From: Deltaproteobacteria bacterium | Lineage (GTDB): Bacteria > Myxococcota_A > UBA9160 > SMWR01 | Length of the DNA stretch: 62,691 nucleotides | Assembly (NCBI GenBank): GCA_032128375.1 | Contig: JAQBGU010000241.1 | Span: 1 to 62,691, forward strand | Direction: 5' to 3' | Part shown: positions 1 to 9,792 of the stretch, in pieces | How positions within the stretch are numbered: position 1 is the stretch's first letter | How the letters are laid out: each line of letters opens with the position of its first letter | Notes under the pieces: generated by a model | What the model was told of the DNA's origin: nothing | What the model saw: only the letters and a program-made list of their open reading frames with translations | The model's database searches: none | Made by a program: the position numbers and the translations under genes

Positions 1-120
1 CGGCATGAAGTCGACCTGGTGACCATCGGGCAGTATCTGCAGCCGACACCGCACCACCATCCGGTTCTGCGATACTGGACACCGGATGAATTTGACGATC
101 TGGGCGCCAGCGCCCGGGCT
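1..120 (+). pseudogene. lipA: C-terminal fragment of lipoyl synthase, cut off at about nt 110-120
   Basis: Frame 1 reads [35 protein letters not shown], matching the LipA TIGQYLxP motif. The expected terminal SGPLVRSSY motif is absent. Confidence 0.75.
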
Positions 121-491
121 GGCGATCGTCGACCGACCTCCTGCACACCGAGACCGGGACGAAGATCGACCTCGGCGCGATGCCGCCTGAGGGCGTTGCT
201 CGATGTCGAGCAGCGTGGGCGCGGCTCACCGGACGTCAGACATGCGTCGTCCACGGCGACCCCAACAATCCGGGCAACGTCCGCATGACCGCGGATCGGG
301 TCGCGCTGATCGACTGGGACGAATCTCACGTCGACGTCCCCGACCTCGACCTGGTGCTGCCCCACAACGCCGCCGGTCTCGACGACGGCGCGCACGACAT
401 CGCCGCGCAAGCGTCGGCCGCATGGGAAGCCGCCGTCTGCTGGGACGACGAGTACGCAGTCAAGCGGCTCGCCGAAATTCGAGCGGTCTAA
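108..491 (+). pseudogene. 3' half of an aminoglycoside-phosphotransferase/kinase-like protein
   Basis: Frame 3 reads [13 protein letters not shown]...[13 protein letters not shown]...ALIDWDES (HGD..N and DW motifs). No N-lobe upstream; it abuts the lipA fragment. Confidence 0.7.
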
Positions 492-580
492 GCCGCGCGG
501 CGAATTGAGACACCGCACTACTGCCGGATCTCAGCGGACGTCAAACGCTCCCCCGCAGCGCGGTCCTCGCGTAGAAACAC

Positions 581-614
581 GAAACCCCCGGAACCTTTCG
601 ATTCCGAGGGCTTC
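581..614 (-). terminator. Intrinsic terminator downstream of the tRNA
   Basis: Hairpin GAAACCCCCGGAA-loop-TTCCGAGGGCTTC with a T-rich tail on the minus strand, just 3' of the tRNA. Confidence 0.6.
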
Positions 615-630
615 TCTATTTCCAAGAAAT

Positions 631-707
<77 letters not shown>

Positions 708-727
708 ACAAAAAAACTCGTGGCCGG

Positions 728-755
728 AACTTATCGCTGTTTGCCGCTGTGTCAA
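728..755 (-). promoter_or_regulatory. Putative sigma70 promoter of the tRNA
   Basis: Minus strand TTGACA-N16-TAAGTT about 20 nt upstream of the tRNA 5' end. Confidence 0.55.
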
Positions 756-863
756 AGGACACAGATGCATGTGGATTGCGCCGCCGTTGCGGCTCTAAGT
801 ATCCGATTTGGTTTGACAAAATATGTCGCTCAGTGTCAAATCACGGCAACGGAGGTAATTCCT

Positions 864-1451
864 GTGCCGAATAAATCTGAATGGACATTCGCTGAACTGG
901 GTCGAACGCTGGTGATATTGCTGACGGGCATCGCAATTGGCGGGCCGGCGGCGGCTGGAAACACCTACTCGTGGCGAACCGAAGCGGGCGATGTCGCCTA
1001 TACCGATGACATCGACAACGTGCCCACGCGCTATCGCGAGCAAGTCAAAACGCGACAGACTGTGCCGCTGGCTGACTACGCGCGATTCAGCGCGCAGGAT
1101 CGCCAGGAAGCGGAGAATTACGCAAACCGGCTGCAAGACCGGCTGATTCACCTACAGCGGCTCAACGACTCACTCGAGCCCCGATCAGACGATCTTCCCA
1201 ATCTGGTAGGTACCGCGTCGATTCAGATCGGTGGATCCGACCAGGTGTTGACCCTGACAGGGGCGGACATAGACGCGCCTGTCATCGTGGAGCGGATTCG
1301 AGTCATGGGCGCTGGGCAGATCGCGACGCGTCACGACACCGTTGTTCGGCAAGGCAACCGCACGCTGAGCATCTTCCGTGGCAACCAAGAAGGCGAAACC
1401 GAAGCGGTGTCCAACGTCGTTGCCGCACAGGGCGCCCAACTCTACCGGTGA
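864..1451 (+). CDS. Secreted DUF4124-like protein
   Basis: GGAGG RBS at 851 then GTG at 864; signal peptide; YSWRTEAGDVAYTD motif. Confidence 0.7.
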   Translation: MPNKSEWTFAELGRTLVILLTGIAIGGPAAAGNTYSWRTEAGDVAYTDDIDNVPTRYREQVKTRQTVPLADYARFSAQDRQEAENYANRLQDRLIHLQRLNDSLEPRSDDLPNLVGTASIQIGGSDQVLTLTGADIDAPVIVERIRVMGAGQIATRHDTVVRQGNRTLSIFRGNQEGETEAVSNVVAAQGAQLYR

Positions 1452-1470
1452 CACACAGTCGGCGGGTCCG

Positions 1471-1857
1471 TCACTCCCGCGTCTGCGAGGCGGGGAGGGC
1501 GTCGGGGTTGAGTCGGAACCAACCGGGCTGGACGCCGGCTCGTCGCGCGGCATCGGTTGCCGTGTCGAGGGCTTCTTGGGCGTCGGCCAGTTCGACTTCG
1601 GCGCGCTGCACCGTTTCAATGATCTGCTGCTTTTTGGCGCCGCGGATTCGGTGGTGGTGCCGCATGTTTTGATAGGCGACCCGCGCATCGTTGAGCTTGT
1701 GTTTGGCGACCGCCAGCTCTTCCCGCGCTTGTGAAAGCGTATTTTGCTGATGCTCACGCTGCGTGAGTTCATCTTTCGTTTCGGCTGCGGTCGCTGCGCC
1801 AATCCAGGTTCCCAGTACGAGTGAACCGGTGAGTGCGACGAGTAGCGTGCGCATCAC
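1471..1857 (-). CDS. Secreted coiled-coil hypothetical protein
   Basis: Signal peptide and heptad pattern; 4-bp overlap with the upstream gene. Confidence 0.65.
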   Translation of the reverse strand: MMRTLLVALTGSLVLGTWIGAATAAETKDELTQREHQQNTLSQAREELAVAKHKLNDARVAYQNMRHHHRIRGAKKQQIIETVQRAEVELADAQEALDTATDAARRAGVQPGWFRLNPDALPASQTRE

Positions 1858-2582
1858 GTGGTCATCGGCGGGCCGGTCGAGATCTCGCGCGGTCCGCGCT
1901 CGTGCACATATTCATCGATTCGATCGGTGCTGCTGCGATCCATCGAAATGAATCGAAGCCCCATGCCCCGCATACCCGTTGTTGGATGTCGTCCGGTCCA
2001 GATGACGCGCGCGCTCGGTCGAAGCGATGCCCTGTGATTCGGCAGGCGAAAGTCGAGTTCAACTTCGGTATCCAGCGGCAGCTTCCCGTGCGATTCGACG
2101 AAGATTCCGCCGCGAGACACATCGCAGGCGACACACCAGGCAGCGCTCTGCGATCGGCTCACACGCACCCTCACCTCGGAGTCAACACGCACTCGTGTCA
2201 ACCCGCGCGATCCGCGGTTGCGCAACAGGCGTGCGACCGAGATGCTCAGCTGGATCTGGCTCAGCGGCTTGGCCAGGATGTCATCGGCGTGGGCTCTGAC
2301 GGCACGGGCGTGATCCTCGGCCGATTCACCCGATATCACCAGTATGACGGGCGTACCGCACATGTCCCGATCGGCCTTGATCGCGCGACACAAGGTCTCG
2401 CCATCCATCATGGGCATGTCGATGTCGGCAACCACAACATCCGGCTTTTCGCGACGCGCAAGCTCCAGGGCTTCCTTACCACCCGCTGCGGTGACAACGT
2501 CGCCCACGCGCGCCAAAAAAACGGCTTCGAGCTCTCGAAATAGCTCAGTGTCATCCACGATCAGGATTTTCTTGCGATTCAT
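1854..2582 (-). CDS. Response regulator (REC) with C-terminal PilZ domain (myxobacterial TIGR02266-like)
   Basis: KILIVDD...DIDMPMMDG...AKP receiver, then RGLTR...DVSRGG PilZ motifs and GMGLRF. Confidence 0.85.
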   Translation of the reverse strand: MNRKKILIVDDTELFRELEAVFLARVGDVVTAAGGKEALELARREKPDVVVADIDMPMMDGETLCRAIKADRDMCGTPVILVISGESAEDHARAVRAHADDILAKPLSQIQLSISVARLLRNRGSRGLTRVRVDSEVRVRVSRSQSAAWCVACDVSRGGIFVESHGKLPLDTEVELDFRLPNHRASLRPSARVIWTGRHPTTGMRGMGLRFISMDRSSTDRIDEYVHERGPREISTGPPMTT

Positions 2583-2638
2583 CGCCCCCCCTCCGGCGGA
2601 ATCGTCACGAACGGCAGAGCCTGTCTCCGTGGCCGCGG

Positions 2639-3082
2639 CTAGTGGCCGGTAATTCCGCTGATGACCTGTCGAAGCTGCGGTCGGACCCGCCATCCAATCA
2701 GTGTTTCCTCGTCTCGATACCACTCCTGATTCTCACGAATCTGCTTTTCGAGCAGTGTCGACAGCGAGTACGCGTGATAAACGACGATCGCGGTCGCTGT
2801 TTGTTTGGCTTCGTCCATCAGCAGCTGGCCGCTCTCGAAATCCGTGAAGCGGATACCCGCGAAGGCCTCCGCATGATTCAGGTATTCAACTTGCATTTCA
2901 GGGTCCACATACTCGCTGGCCCGCTCCAGTTGTCCCCAACGAACGAGCTCCGTGTAGCGCTTCTGAGACTGTTCCAGCGACTTTTGCCGTCCCGTCGGAT
3001 CGAGCAACTCACCCAGCACCGCGCATCCCGTTGAAGCCAGCCAGACAAACGAGATACCTGCCACCACTGCCTTTCGCACCAC
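2639..3082 (-). CDS. Putative lipoprotein
   Basis: Signal peptide with STGC lipobox-like site; coding-like composition. Confidence 0.7.
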   Translation of the reverse strand: MVRKAVVAGISFVWLASTGCAVLGELLDPTGRQKSLEQSQKRYTELVRWGQLERASEYVDPEMQVEYLNHAEAFAGIRFTDFESGQLLMDEAKQTATAIVVYHAYSLSTLLEKQIRENQEWYRDEETLIGWRVRPQLRQVISGITGH

Positions 3083-3233
3083 GGATGTCCCCCTCCCGAT
3101 CCGGCCGTCCGCGCCACAGTCGCGCCACAGAGCCGGTCACCCAATATCGGCGGATTCGTCGACTCGCCTGAGGTCGGCCTGTGATAGACTCGCGGATGCG
3201 GCCGCAAGCCGCTGATTCTGCTCAATATTTCAC

Positions 3234-4214
3234 TTGGAGTTCGGCCTGGGCTGTGTGCTCGGAATCGATCTTGGCGGCACCAAATTGGCGCTTGCGCTGG
3301 CCGACGTGGCGGCTCCGGATCGCGCCCGGCTGATTGCGCATCGGCGCCGGCCGACGTCGGCAACGGGCAACCCGCGGGCAGATGTCGACGCGATCCTTCG
3401 AGATGTACACGCGCTCTTGGCCGAAGCGGAACGAACGATCGACGCGATCGACTGTGTCGGGCTCTCGGTTCCCGGACCCTTCGATGCCGAACGGGGCAGC
3501 TTGTTGAAACCGCCCAACCTGCCCGGTTGGCACGAGGTTCCGATTCGCGACTGGATTACGTCGGCTCTCGGTCGCCCGGTTCGCATCGACAACGATGCCA
3601 ATGCGGCGGCACTGGCCGAGTGGCGCTTTGGGGCAGGGCGGGGCGTTCACCACCTGGTGTACCTGACGATGTCGACGGGAGTCGGCGCGGGCATGGTCCT
3701 CGATGGCAAGCTGTATCGCGGTTGGCGCGGCAATGCCGGCGAGTTTGGTCACATAGCGGTCGAGCCGGACGGATTGCCGTGTGCCTGCGGGCTGAACGGC
3801 TGTCTCGAGGCCTACGTCGGCGGCGCGGCTTGGACGCGCCGACTTCGCGAGCTATGCCCGCCGTCGAGCCAGGTCGCAGCGTTGGCGGGCGGTCGGGAGC
3901 GCGCGACGCCAGAGCATGTCGTCGCTGCCGCCGAGCGCGGAGACGCGTTCGCACTCGCCGAGTTTCGGCGCTTCAACAATTACCTCGCGCGCGGGATCGC
4001 GGCGGTCGTGTTCGCGGTGGCGCCGCAGTTGATCGTGCTGGGTACGATTCCGACCGCCGCGGGTGAGCGATTGTGCTTCGAGCCGCTGCGCGAGCAGGTG
4101 GCCGCAATGCTCTGGCCAGGGCTCAGCGATGGGCTGCGAATCGTAGCGTCGAGTCTCGGAGAAGATCTCGCCTACTACGCGGGAATCTGTGTGGCGCTGG
4201 AAGCGCCGGGCTGA
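3234..4214 (+). CDS. ROK family sugar kinase (glucokinase-like)
   Basis: GIDLGGTK, NDANAAALAE, GEFGH and CACGLNGCLE motifs. Confidence 0.92.
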   Translation: MEFGLGCVLGIDLGGTKLALALADVAAPDRARLIAHRRRPTSATGNPRADVDAILRDVHALLAEAERTIDAIDCVGLSVPGPFDAERGSLLKPPNLPGWHEVPIRDWITSALGRPVRIDNDANAAALAEWRFGAGRGVHHLVYLTMSTGVGAGMVLDGKLYRGWRGNAGEFGHIAVEPDGLPCACGLNGCLEAYVGGAAWTRRLRELCPPSSQVAALAGGRERATPEHVVAAAERGDAFALAEFRRFNNYLARGIAAVVFAVAPQLIVLGTIPTAAGERLCFEPLREQVAAMLWPGLSDGLRIVASSLGEDLAYYAGICVALEAPG

Positions 4215-4223
4215 TGGCGCCAG

Positions 4224-5915
4224 TCAAGGGGCCTTCGGGCCGCTCAATTCGGCACGCACCGCCTCTGCCTGGTCGCCCATCGCGACCACAGCACGCGCGA
4301 CCTCGGGAATCCGCTCGCTGCCCTTGCGGGCATTTCCGAGTAACGACATCACAGACTCGGCCACTCCGGTACTCGCTGTCTCGTGCGTGGCGACCTTGTC
4401 CTGGATCGATCCGATCAAGCCGGTGATCGACGAGATATTCTCAGAGATATAGCGGCTCGAAGCGCGCTGCTCATCGGTGGCGCTGCTCATCTGACGGGAT
4501 ATCGCGAGCGACTCGGTTGAATTTCTCAAGAGTCGCTCGGTGGCGAGGCTCTGCTCGGTCAGCGCGCCAGAAATCTGCTGGACCAGTTCGAACGTGCGTT
4601 GGGCCGACTCTGCGACATGGCGCGACGTTCGACCCTGTTCCTGGGCTGCGCGACTGATCTCGGCGACACGGCCGCTGGCATCCCGAGCCGACTCCCGAAT
4701 TCGTTCGAGCGAATCGCCGGCAGCGCGCGATCGCGTCACACCGGCCTCGACGGCGTCGATGCCGGCCGCCATCGCTCTCACGGCGTTGCCCGACTGCTGT
4801 TCCACCGAACCGATGAGTGACTCGATCTCCTTGGTGCTGGCTGTGGTGCGGCGGGCCAGGGTCTTGACCTGTTCAGCGACGACGGCGAACGCCTTACCAT
4901 GCTCACCCGCCTGGGCTGCGATGATGGCCGCGTTCAGCGATAGCAGGTTGGTTTCATCGCTGATCCCATTGATCACGCTCGCGATCGCGCCGATCGCGCC
5001 GATGCGGTCCGCAAGTCCCTCGAGCGCTGTCTTCGCCTCGTTGGTCAGGGTTTTGATCTGCGCGATGCCTTCGATCGTGGCCCCCACCGCTCGTGCGCCC
5101 TCATCAGCGCTCTGGCTGACCTGCTCGGTGAGTTCGGAAGCGCCGCTTACATGTTCACCGACCTCGCGGATCGTATGGTCCATCTGCGAGATGGAGGAAG
5201 CCGTCTCTTCGGCCGCCTGCTGCACGCTGTCGCCACTCTCTGCGACGCGGCGAATCTGGGCGTTGAGTTCGTGTACGGATGATGTCGACGATTCGACACC
5301 GTCTCGCAACGCGCTCGCGCTGGTGGCGACCTGCTCGATCGCGCACCCCATTTCGAGTACCGATGAAGCGGTCTCTTCATTCGAGCGCGCGAGTTGCAGG
5401 ACCTCTGCGCTGATGCCTTTGATCGATGTGTTGATGTTGGCGAGCAGCGAGGACGTCTCTTCGACAGCCTCCTCCTGCTCTTCCGCTGCGCGATTCACCT
5501 CCGCTAGCGCGCCTGCGATCTCGGCCGGAAACGCGGATAGCGATTGGGTCAGTCCTGTGACGCGCTCCATGGAGCGCTGTTTCGCATCGGCCAGCGCATT
5601 GAACGCGTGGGCGAGCGGAGCGAGTTCGGCGAGATGCGCGGGAAAGAGGCGCGTCGAAAGGGTGCCAGTCGCCCCCAATTCAACGCAGGCGGCCACCACT
5701 TCGTCGCGACGCATGCTGGCTGCTGTCGCGGCATGGCGTAGAACCAAGGCGATTGCGGCACCGCCGCACAGCAGCACGACGGCCGCCATCACAGGGTTTC
5801 CCGCCATGTCGTAAGTCAGCAGCGCCGCGCCTCCAGCAGCCGCCGACAGGCCCGCTGCCACAGCAGGGAGCCAGATTTTCGAGCCGTTGTCCGACCGCAC
5901 CGATGCCGCATCCAC
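4224..5915 (-). CDS. Methyl-accepting chemotaxis protein
   Basis: Two N-terminal TM segments; [37 protein letters not shown] signalling hairpin. Confidence 0.92.
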   Translation of the reverse strand: MDAASVRSDNGSKIWLPAVAAGLSAAAGGAALLTYDMAGNPVMAAVVLLCGGAAIALVLRHAATAASMRRDEVVAACVELGATGTLSTRLFPAHLAELAPLAHAFNALADAKQRSMERVTGLTQSLSAFPAEIAGALAEVNRAAEEQEEAVEETSSLLANINTSIKGISAEVLQLARSNEETASSVLEMGCAIEQVATSASALRDGVESSTSSVHELNAQIRRVAESGDSVQQAAEETASSISQMDHTIREVGEHVSGASELTEQVSQSADEGARAVGATIEGIAQIKTLTNEAKTALEGLADRIGAIGAIASVINGISDETNLLSLNAAIIAAQAGEHGKAFAVVAEQVKTLARRTTASTKEIESLIGSVEQQSGNAVRAMAAGIDAVEAGVTRSRAAGDSLERIRESARDASGRVAEISRAAQEQGRTSRHVAESAQRTFELVQQISGALTEQSLATERLLRNSTESLAISRQMSSATDEQRASSRYISENISSITGLIGSIQDKVATHETASTGVAESVMSLLGNARKGSERIPEVARAVVAMGDQAEAVRAELSGPKAP

Positions 5916-6065
5916 TCAGCGATTCTCCCGTTCTGTCTGCTGCTGCACGCATTGGGCTTTGGACAGGCCGGTAGACAAACTGGCTGTCTTCAGTTGTGCA
6001 TTCAGGTCTTCGCAGCAAATCGATCGGTTCGGTCCGGAATTCACTTGAGAAACAACCACTGGGAT

Positions 6066-7178
6066 TCAGCGCGCCTGCACCTCATTGATGTGCAACAGGA
6101 GTGCAGAAAAAGTCCCTTCTGCGATCGCCGCTCGAACCCGCTCCAGTAACCGCATGTAGAAGCGCAAGTTGTGCACGGTCGCCAGTCGGGGTCCGAGCGT
6201 CTCTCCGGTTTGAAACAGATGACGCAGATAGGCACGGCTATGCTGTGCGCAGGTCGGACAATCGCAATCGGCGTCCGGCGGCTCGGCGTCGTCGCGGTAT
6301 TGCGCGTTGCGAATCTTCAATACGCCGACACCCGTGAACAGCACGCCGTGGCGTGCGTGACGCGATGGAATCACACAGTCGAACAGGTCCACTCCCGCCG
6401 CGACGCCGTTGACGAGGTCGGCTGGATACCCGATTCCCATCAGGTATCGAGGGGCAGCGGCGGGTATCACCGCATTGGCTGCTGCAACCATGTCGGCGCG
6501 TTGCTCGGGTTCCTCGCCGAGTCCCAAGCCACCGTGTGCGAAGCCCTCGAAGCCCAGGCCGACCAGGCCCGCTGCGCTCCACTCGCGCAGGGCGGGGTCG
6601 GTACCTCCCTGAACGATTCCGAACACCGCCTGGTCGGAACGCTCGCGGGCCCGCGCGGCGCGCTCGGCCCAACGCAGGGTTCGTTCAGCGGCCGATCGCA
6701 GCCGCGACGAGCCGTCGTTGGGATCCTTTGGAACGCATTCGTCGAGGACCATCGCGATATCGGACCCGAGCCTCTGCTGGGTCTTGATGACGCTCTCGGG
6801 TGTTAGTAGGCGGCGGCGACCGTCGATCGGAGAGGCGAACGTCACCCCCTGTTCATCGAGGCGAAGCCTGTGCGCGAGCGACGTCACCTGGTAGCCGCCG
6901 CTATCGGTCAACCACGGTCGGTGCCAGCCGCTGAAGCCATGCAAACCACCCAACCCCTCGATCACGCCGGAGCCGGGCCGCTCTTCCAGGTGATAAGTGT
7001 TCGACAGCAGAATTTGTGATCCGAGCTGCTCCAACTCCGCTGCCGCGACACCGCGCACCGCACCGTAGGTCGCGACGGGCATGAAGGCGGGTGTATCGAC
7101 GACGCCATGTGGCGTTGCAAGGCGACCGGTTCGGGCGTCTCCCTCACGCGCGACTAGCGTAAATGCGAAGCCCGTCAC
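6066..7178 (-). CDS. tgt: tRNA-guanine transglycosylase
   Basis: TPAFMPVAT, DSGGYQV, GIVQGG, DLFDCV motifs and CDCPTC zinc site; follows queA. Confidence 0.96.
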   Translation of the reverse strand: MTGFAFTLVAREGDARTGRLATPHGVVDTPAFMPVATYGAVRGVAAAELEQLGSQILLSNTYHLEERPGSGVIEGLGGLHGFSGWHRPWLTDSGGYQVTSLAHRLRLDEQGVTFASPIDGRRRLLTPESVIKTQQRLGSDIAMVLDECVPKDPNDGSSRLRSAAERTLRWAERAARARERSDQAVFGIVQGGTDPALREWSAAGLVGLGFEGFAHGGLGLGEEPEQRADMVAAANAVIPAAAPRYLMGIGYPADLVNGVAAGVDLFDCVIPSRHARHGVLFTGVGVLKIRNAQYRDDAEPPDADCDCPTCAQHSRAYLRHLFQTGETLGPRLATVHNLRFYMRLLERVRAAIAEGTFSALLLHINEVQAR

Positions 7179-7186
7179 CGATCGCC

Positions 7187-8329
7187 TCAGGCCCGCTGGA
7201 TCAACATCGCATCACCATACGAGTAGAATCGATAGCCATTTCGAATCGCGCTTGCGTATGCGGCGAGGACCGCCTCGCAGCCCGCGAAGGCAGCCACGAG
7301 TAAAATGAGCGATGAGCCAGGCAGATGAAAGTTCGTGAGTAAGACGTCGACGACGCGAAACCGGGAACCGGGTGCCAGCAGTAGATCGGTTTCCCCACAG
7401 CCCGCGGTCACCGCCGCGTCCGAGTCGGCGCAGCTTTCGAGCACGCGCGTCGCAGTCGTGCCGACGGCGACCACACGTCCCCCGCGCGCGCGGGTTCTCG
7501 CGATCGCGTCTGCGGTAGACCCGGGCAGTTCATACGTTTCCGAATGCAGCCGGCCTGTCTCCAGATTCTCACGAGTCAGCGGCCGAAAGGTGCCGAACCC
7601 GACATGGAGCACCACCTCGGCGCGTTCGACCCCGCGCACATCCAAGTCGTCGAGAAGCGACTGGCTGAGGTGTAGGCCAGCGGTTGGGGCGGCCACCGAG
7701 CCGGGGACGCGCGCGTATGTGGTCTGGTAGCGCTGTTCGTCTTCGGGGTCTGCGGCCGCTCGGCGTATGTAGGGCGGCAGCGGGGTCTCCCCGGCGAGAT
7801 ACGGGTCGGCACCAGGCTCGAATGCGAGCACTGCGATGCCGTCGTCCGTGAGATCCACCACCTCGGCGTCGATGGGTGGTGTGCCGAGCCTGTATTTCGC
7901 TCCAATCCGAATTCGCCCACTGTGGCGCAAAAGAGCCTGATATAACGAATGGTTGGAACCTGTTATTTCACCAATCACTTTACCAGTGACTTCACCCGTC
8001 ACTTCACCCGTGACTTCACCCGTGACTTCACCCGTCACTTCACCAAGTAACAGCGCCTCTGCGCGACCCCCCGTCGCTTTGTGGCCGCGCAGCCGGGCAG
8101 CTCGGACGCGGGTGGCATTGACGACAAGCAGGTCGCCGGCCCGAAGCAGCGTGGGCAGATCGCGCACCTGGTGGTGCTCGACGGCGCCGGTATCGCGATC
8201 GAGCCCCATCAACCGCCCTCCGTCGCGCTGCGTCGGGGGGTACTGTGCGATGCAGCTCGAGGGAAGCTCGAAATCGAAATCCGAGAGCTCGAGCTTCTCG
8301 AATGAGACTCGGCTCCCGTCAGAGCTCAT
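7187..8329 (-). CDS. queA: S-adenosylmethionine:tRNA ribosyltransferase-isomerase, carrying a (GEVT)n insertion
   Basis: DFDFELP, PLPPYI, GSVAAPTAGLH, AVGTT, TNFHLP and YRFYSYGDAM motifs. Confidence 0.96.
   Translation of the reverse strand: MSSDGSRVSFEKLELSDFDFELPSSCIAQYPPTQRDGGRLMGLDRDTGAVEHHQVRDLPTLLRAGDLLVVNATRVRAARLRGHKATGGRAEALLLGEVTGEVTGEVTGEVTGEVTGKVIGEITGSNHSLYQALLRHSGRIRIGAKYRLGTPPIDAEVVDLTDDGIAVLAFEPGADPYLAGETPLPPYIRRAAADPEDEQRYQTTYARVPGSVAAPTAGLHLSQSLLDDLDVRGVERAEVVLHVGFGTFRPLTRENLETGRLHSETYELPGSTADAIARTRARGGRVVAVGTTATRVLESCADSDAAVTAGCGETDLLLAPGSRFRVVDVLLTNFHLPGSSLILLVAAFAGCEAVLAAYASAIRNGYRFYSYGDAMLIQRA
7961..8044 (-). repeat. In-frame 12-bp tandem repeat (about 7 units) inside queA
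   Basis: (GACTTCACCCGT)-like units encoding GEVT x5, GKVI, GEIT. Confidence 0.9.
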
Positions 8330-9632
8330 CGCGTAGACCCGTACCCAGCGCTTCGAGCAGTGCCGGCGAATCGGCGATCGAGTCGTACGAGAACAGCACT
8401 TGGGCTTTCGATCCGGCCTCGCGGGCGACTCGGATTTGATCGAGCGCGCCGGCCGGTCGTTTCGCGTATAGCCAGCTCCCAATACCCAGCCAGATTCGTT
8501 CAGCGTGCGGGCCGTTCGCGTAGCGTTGGGCGAGGTAGCGAAACATCCGATCGTCGACCGAGTAGGCCATTGGAACCGCGAACTCGACCAATCCGGCTTC
8601 GAGCCAGCCCAGCCAGTCCTGGCCTTCGGACAGATACACCCGCTCCGCATAGGCGCCGACCGCCGCCGAAATCTGGAGCTCCGGCTTCACCGCTCTCGTG
8701 GCTGTTCGAACCGCACGTACCAGTCCGGTAACCTGCTCGCGCCGCCATCGGTCCCAACGATTCGCGTTGCTCAGCGAGTCACCCCATGGCGCTTCGAGCC
8801 CGGTCTGTTCTCGGAAGCGCTGACGGGTGGCGTCTCCGTAACCGAAATCGAGGCCGACCCCGAATCGGGATCCCGGCGAGAAGGGCAGCACATCCGGGTA
8901 GCGGATGTAATCGAGGTGCAGCCCGTCGAGGTCCGGGTAGCGCTCGATCAACTCGGCATAGGTGCTCGCGAGATAATCCGCCAGGCCGGGTGATCCGGCG
9001 TCCAGCCAAACGGCGGGCGTCCCCATCCGGTAGTAGCGTCGGTCGGGTTCAGGGACGTCGAGCTTTGGGTAGTCGAGTATCGATCGCCCATGTTGATCGA
9101 CGAGCACGGCTGCTGGTCCGAGTACATCGAGCAAGGGGGCTCCCTTGTTCGACGCAAGCGACAGCACATTGACCCAAGCGTGCACGCGCATTCCTGCGTC
9201 GTGGGCTCGAATGAGCAAGTGTGCCAGCGGGTCACGGCCGGTCGCCGCGAGCATCGCGCGGTACGGGCCGGCATCCGCCCGGCTCGAATCGAACCAGGCC
9301 CGTCCGCCGCGATACACCTGCACGAACAGGTCCGTCGCACCGATGCGCGACGCAGCCTCGAACAGCGCTTCCATCCGCTGCGGGTTTTCGAGCACGCGCT
9401 CGCTGCCCTCGCACAGAACCCACAGGCCGAGCCGAGCCGGGTGCATCGGTATCGCTGGTGCGGCGGGCAGCGTCGCAATCGCTTCGCCTCGATCCGCTTC
9501 GGTCCCGATCGCTGCCGGGGTCCCGGCTGTCGCTGGCACTGGGTTGATCGCCACGGGCTCATCGCCGCACGCGAGCGCAGCGAGTAGCGCGATCCAAAAG
9601 CCGATTCGGCGCAACGCGGCTGAGTTTATCAA
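8319..9632 (-). CDS. GHL10/YddW (DUF187)-like glycoside hydrolase lipoprotein; start uncertain
   Basis: LAC lipobox; FVQVY, DPLA...AHDAGMRVHAWVN, DGLHLDYIRYP, QDW and PMAY motifs. Confidence 0.85.
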   Translation of the reverse strand: MINSAALRRIGFWIALLAALACGDEPVAINPVPATAGTPAAIGTEADRGEAIATLPAAPAIPMHPARLGLWVLCEGSERVLENPQRMEALFEAASRIGATDLFVQVYRGGRAWFDSSRADAGPYRAMLAATGRDPLAHLLIRAHDAGMRVHAWVNVLSLASNKGAPLLDVLGPAAVLVDQHGRSILDYPKLDVPEPDRRYYRMGTPAVWLDAGSPGLADYLASTYAELIERYPDLDGLHLDYIRYPDVLPFSPGSRFGVGLDFGYGDATRQRFREQTGLEAPWGDSLSNANRWDRWRREQVTGLVRAVRTATRAVKPELQISAAVGAYAERVYLSEGQDWLGWLEAGLVEFAVPMAYSVDDRMFRYLAQRYANGPHAERIWLGIGSWLYAKRPAGALDQIRVAREAGSKAQVLFSYDSIADSPALLEALGTGLRDEL

Positions 9633-9792
9633 GGTCCGGCAACCGTACAGGACCGGTTTCCCACACACAATTCGCGCACACGGAACGTCGGATCCACCGA
9701 TTCGATTGCCGAACGCGATCACGCTTCCGCTGCGCAATTACCGCGCAACGCCACGTTGTACCCGAAGCCCAACTTCTGCACACTGCGGACAG

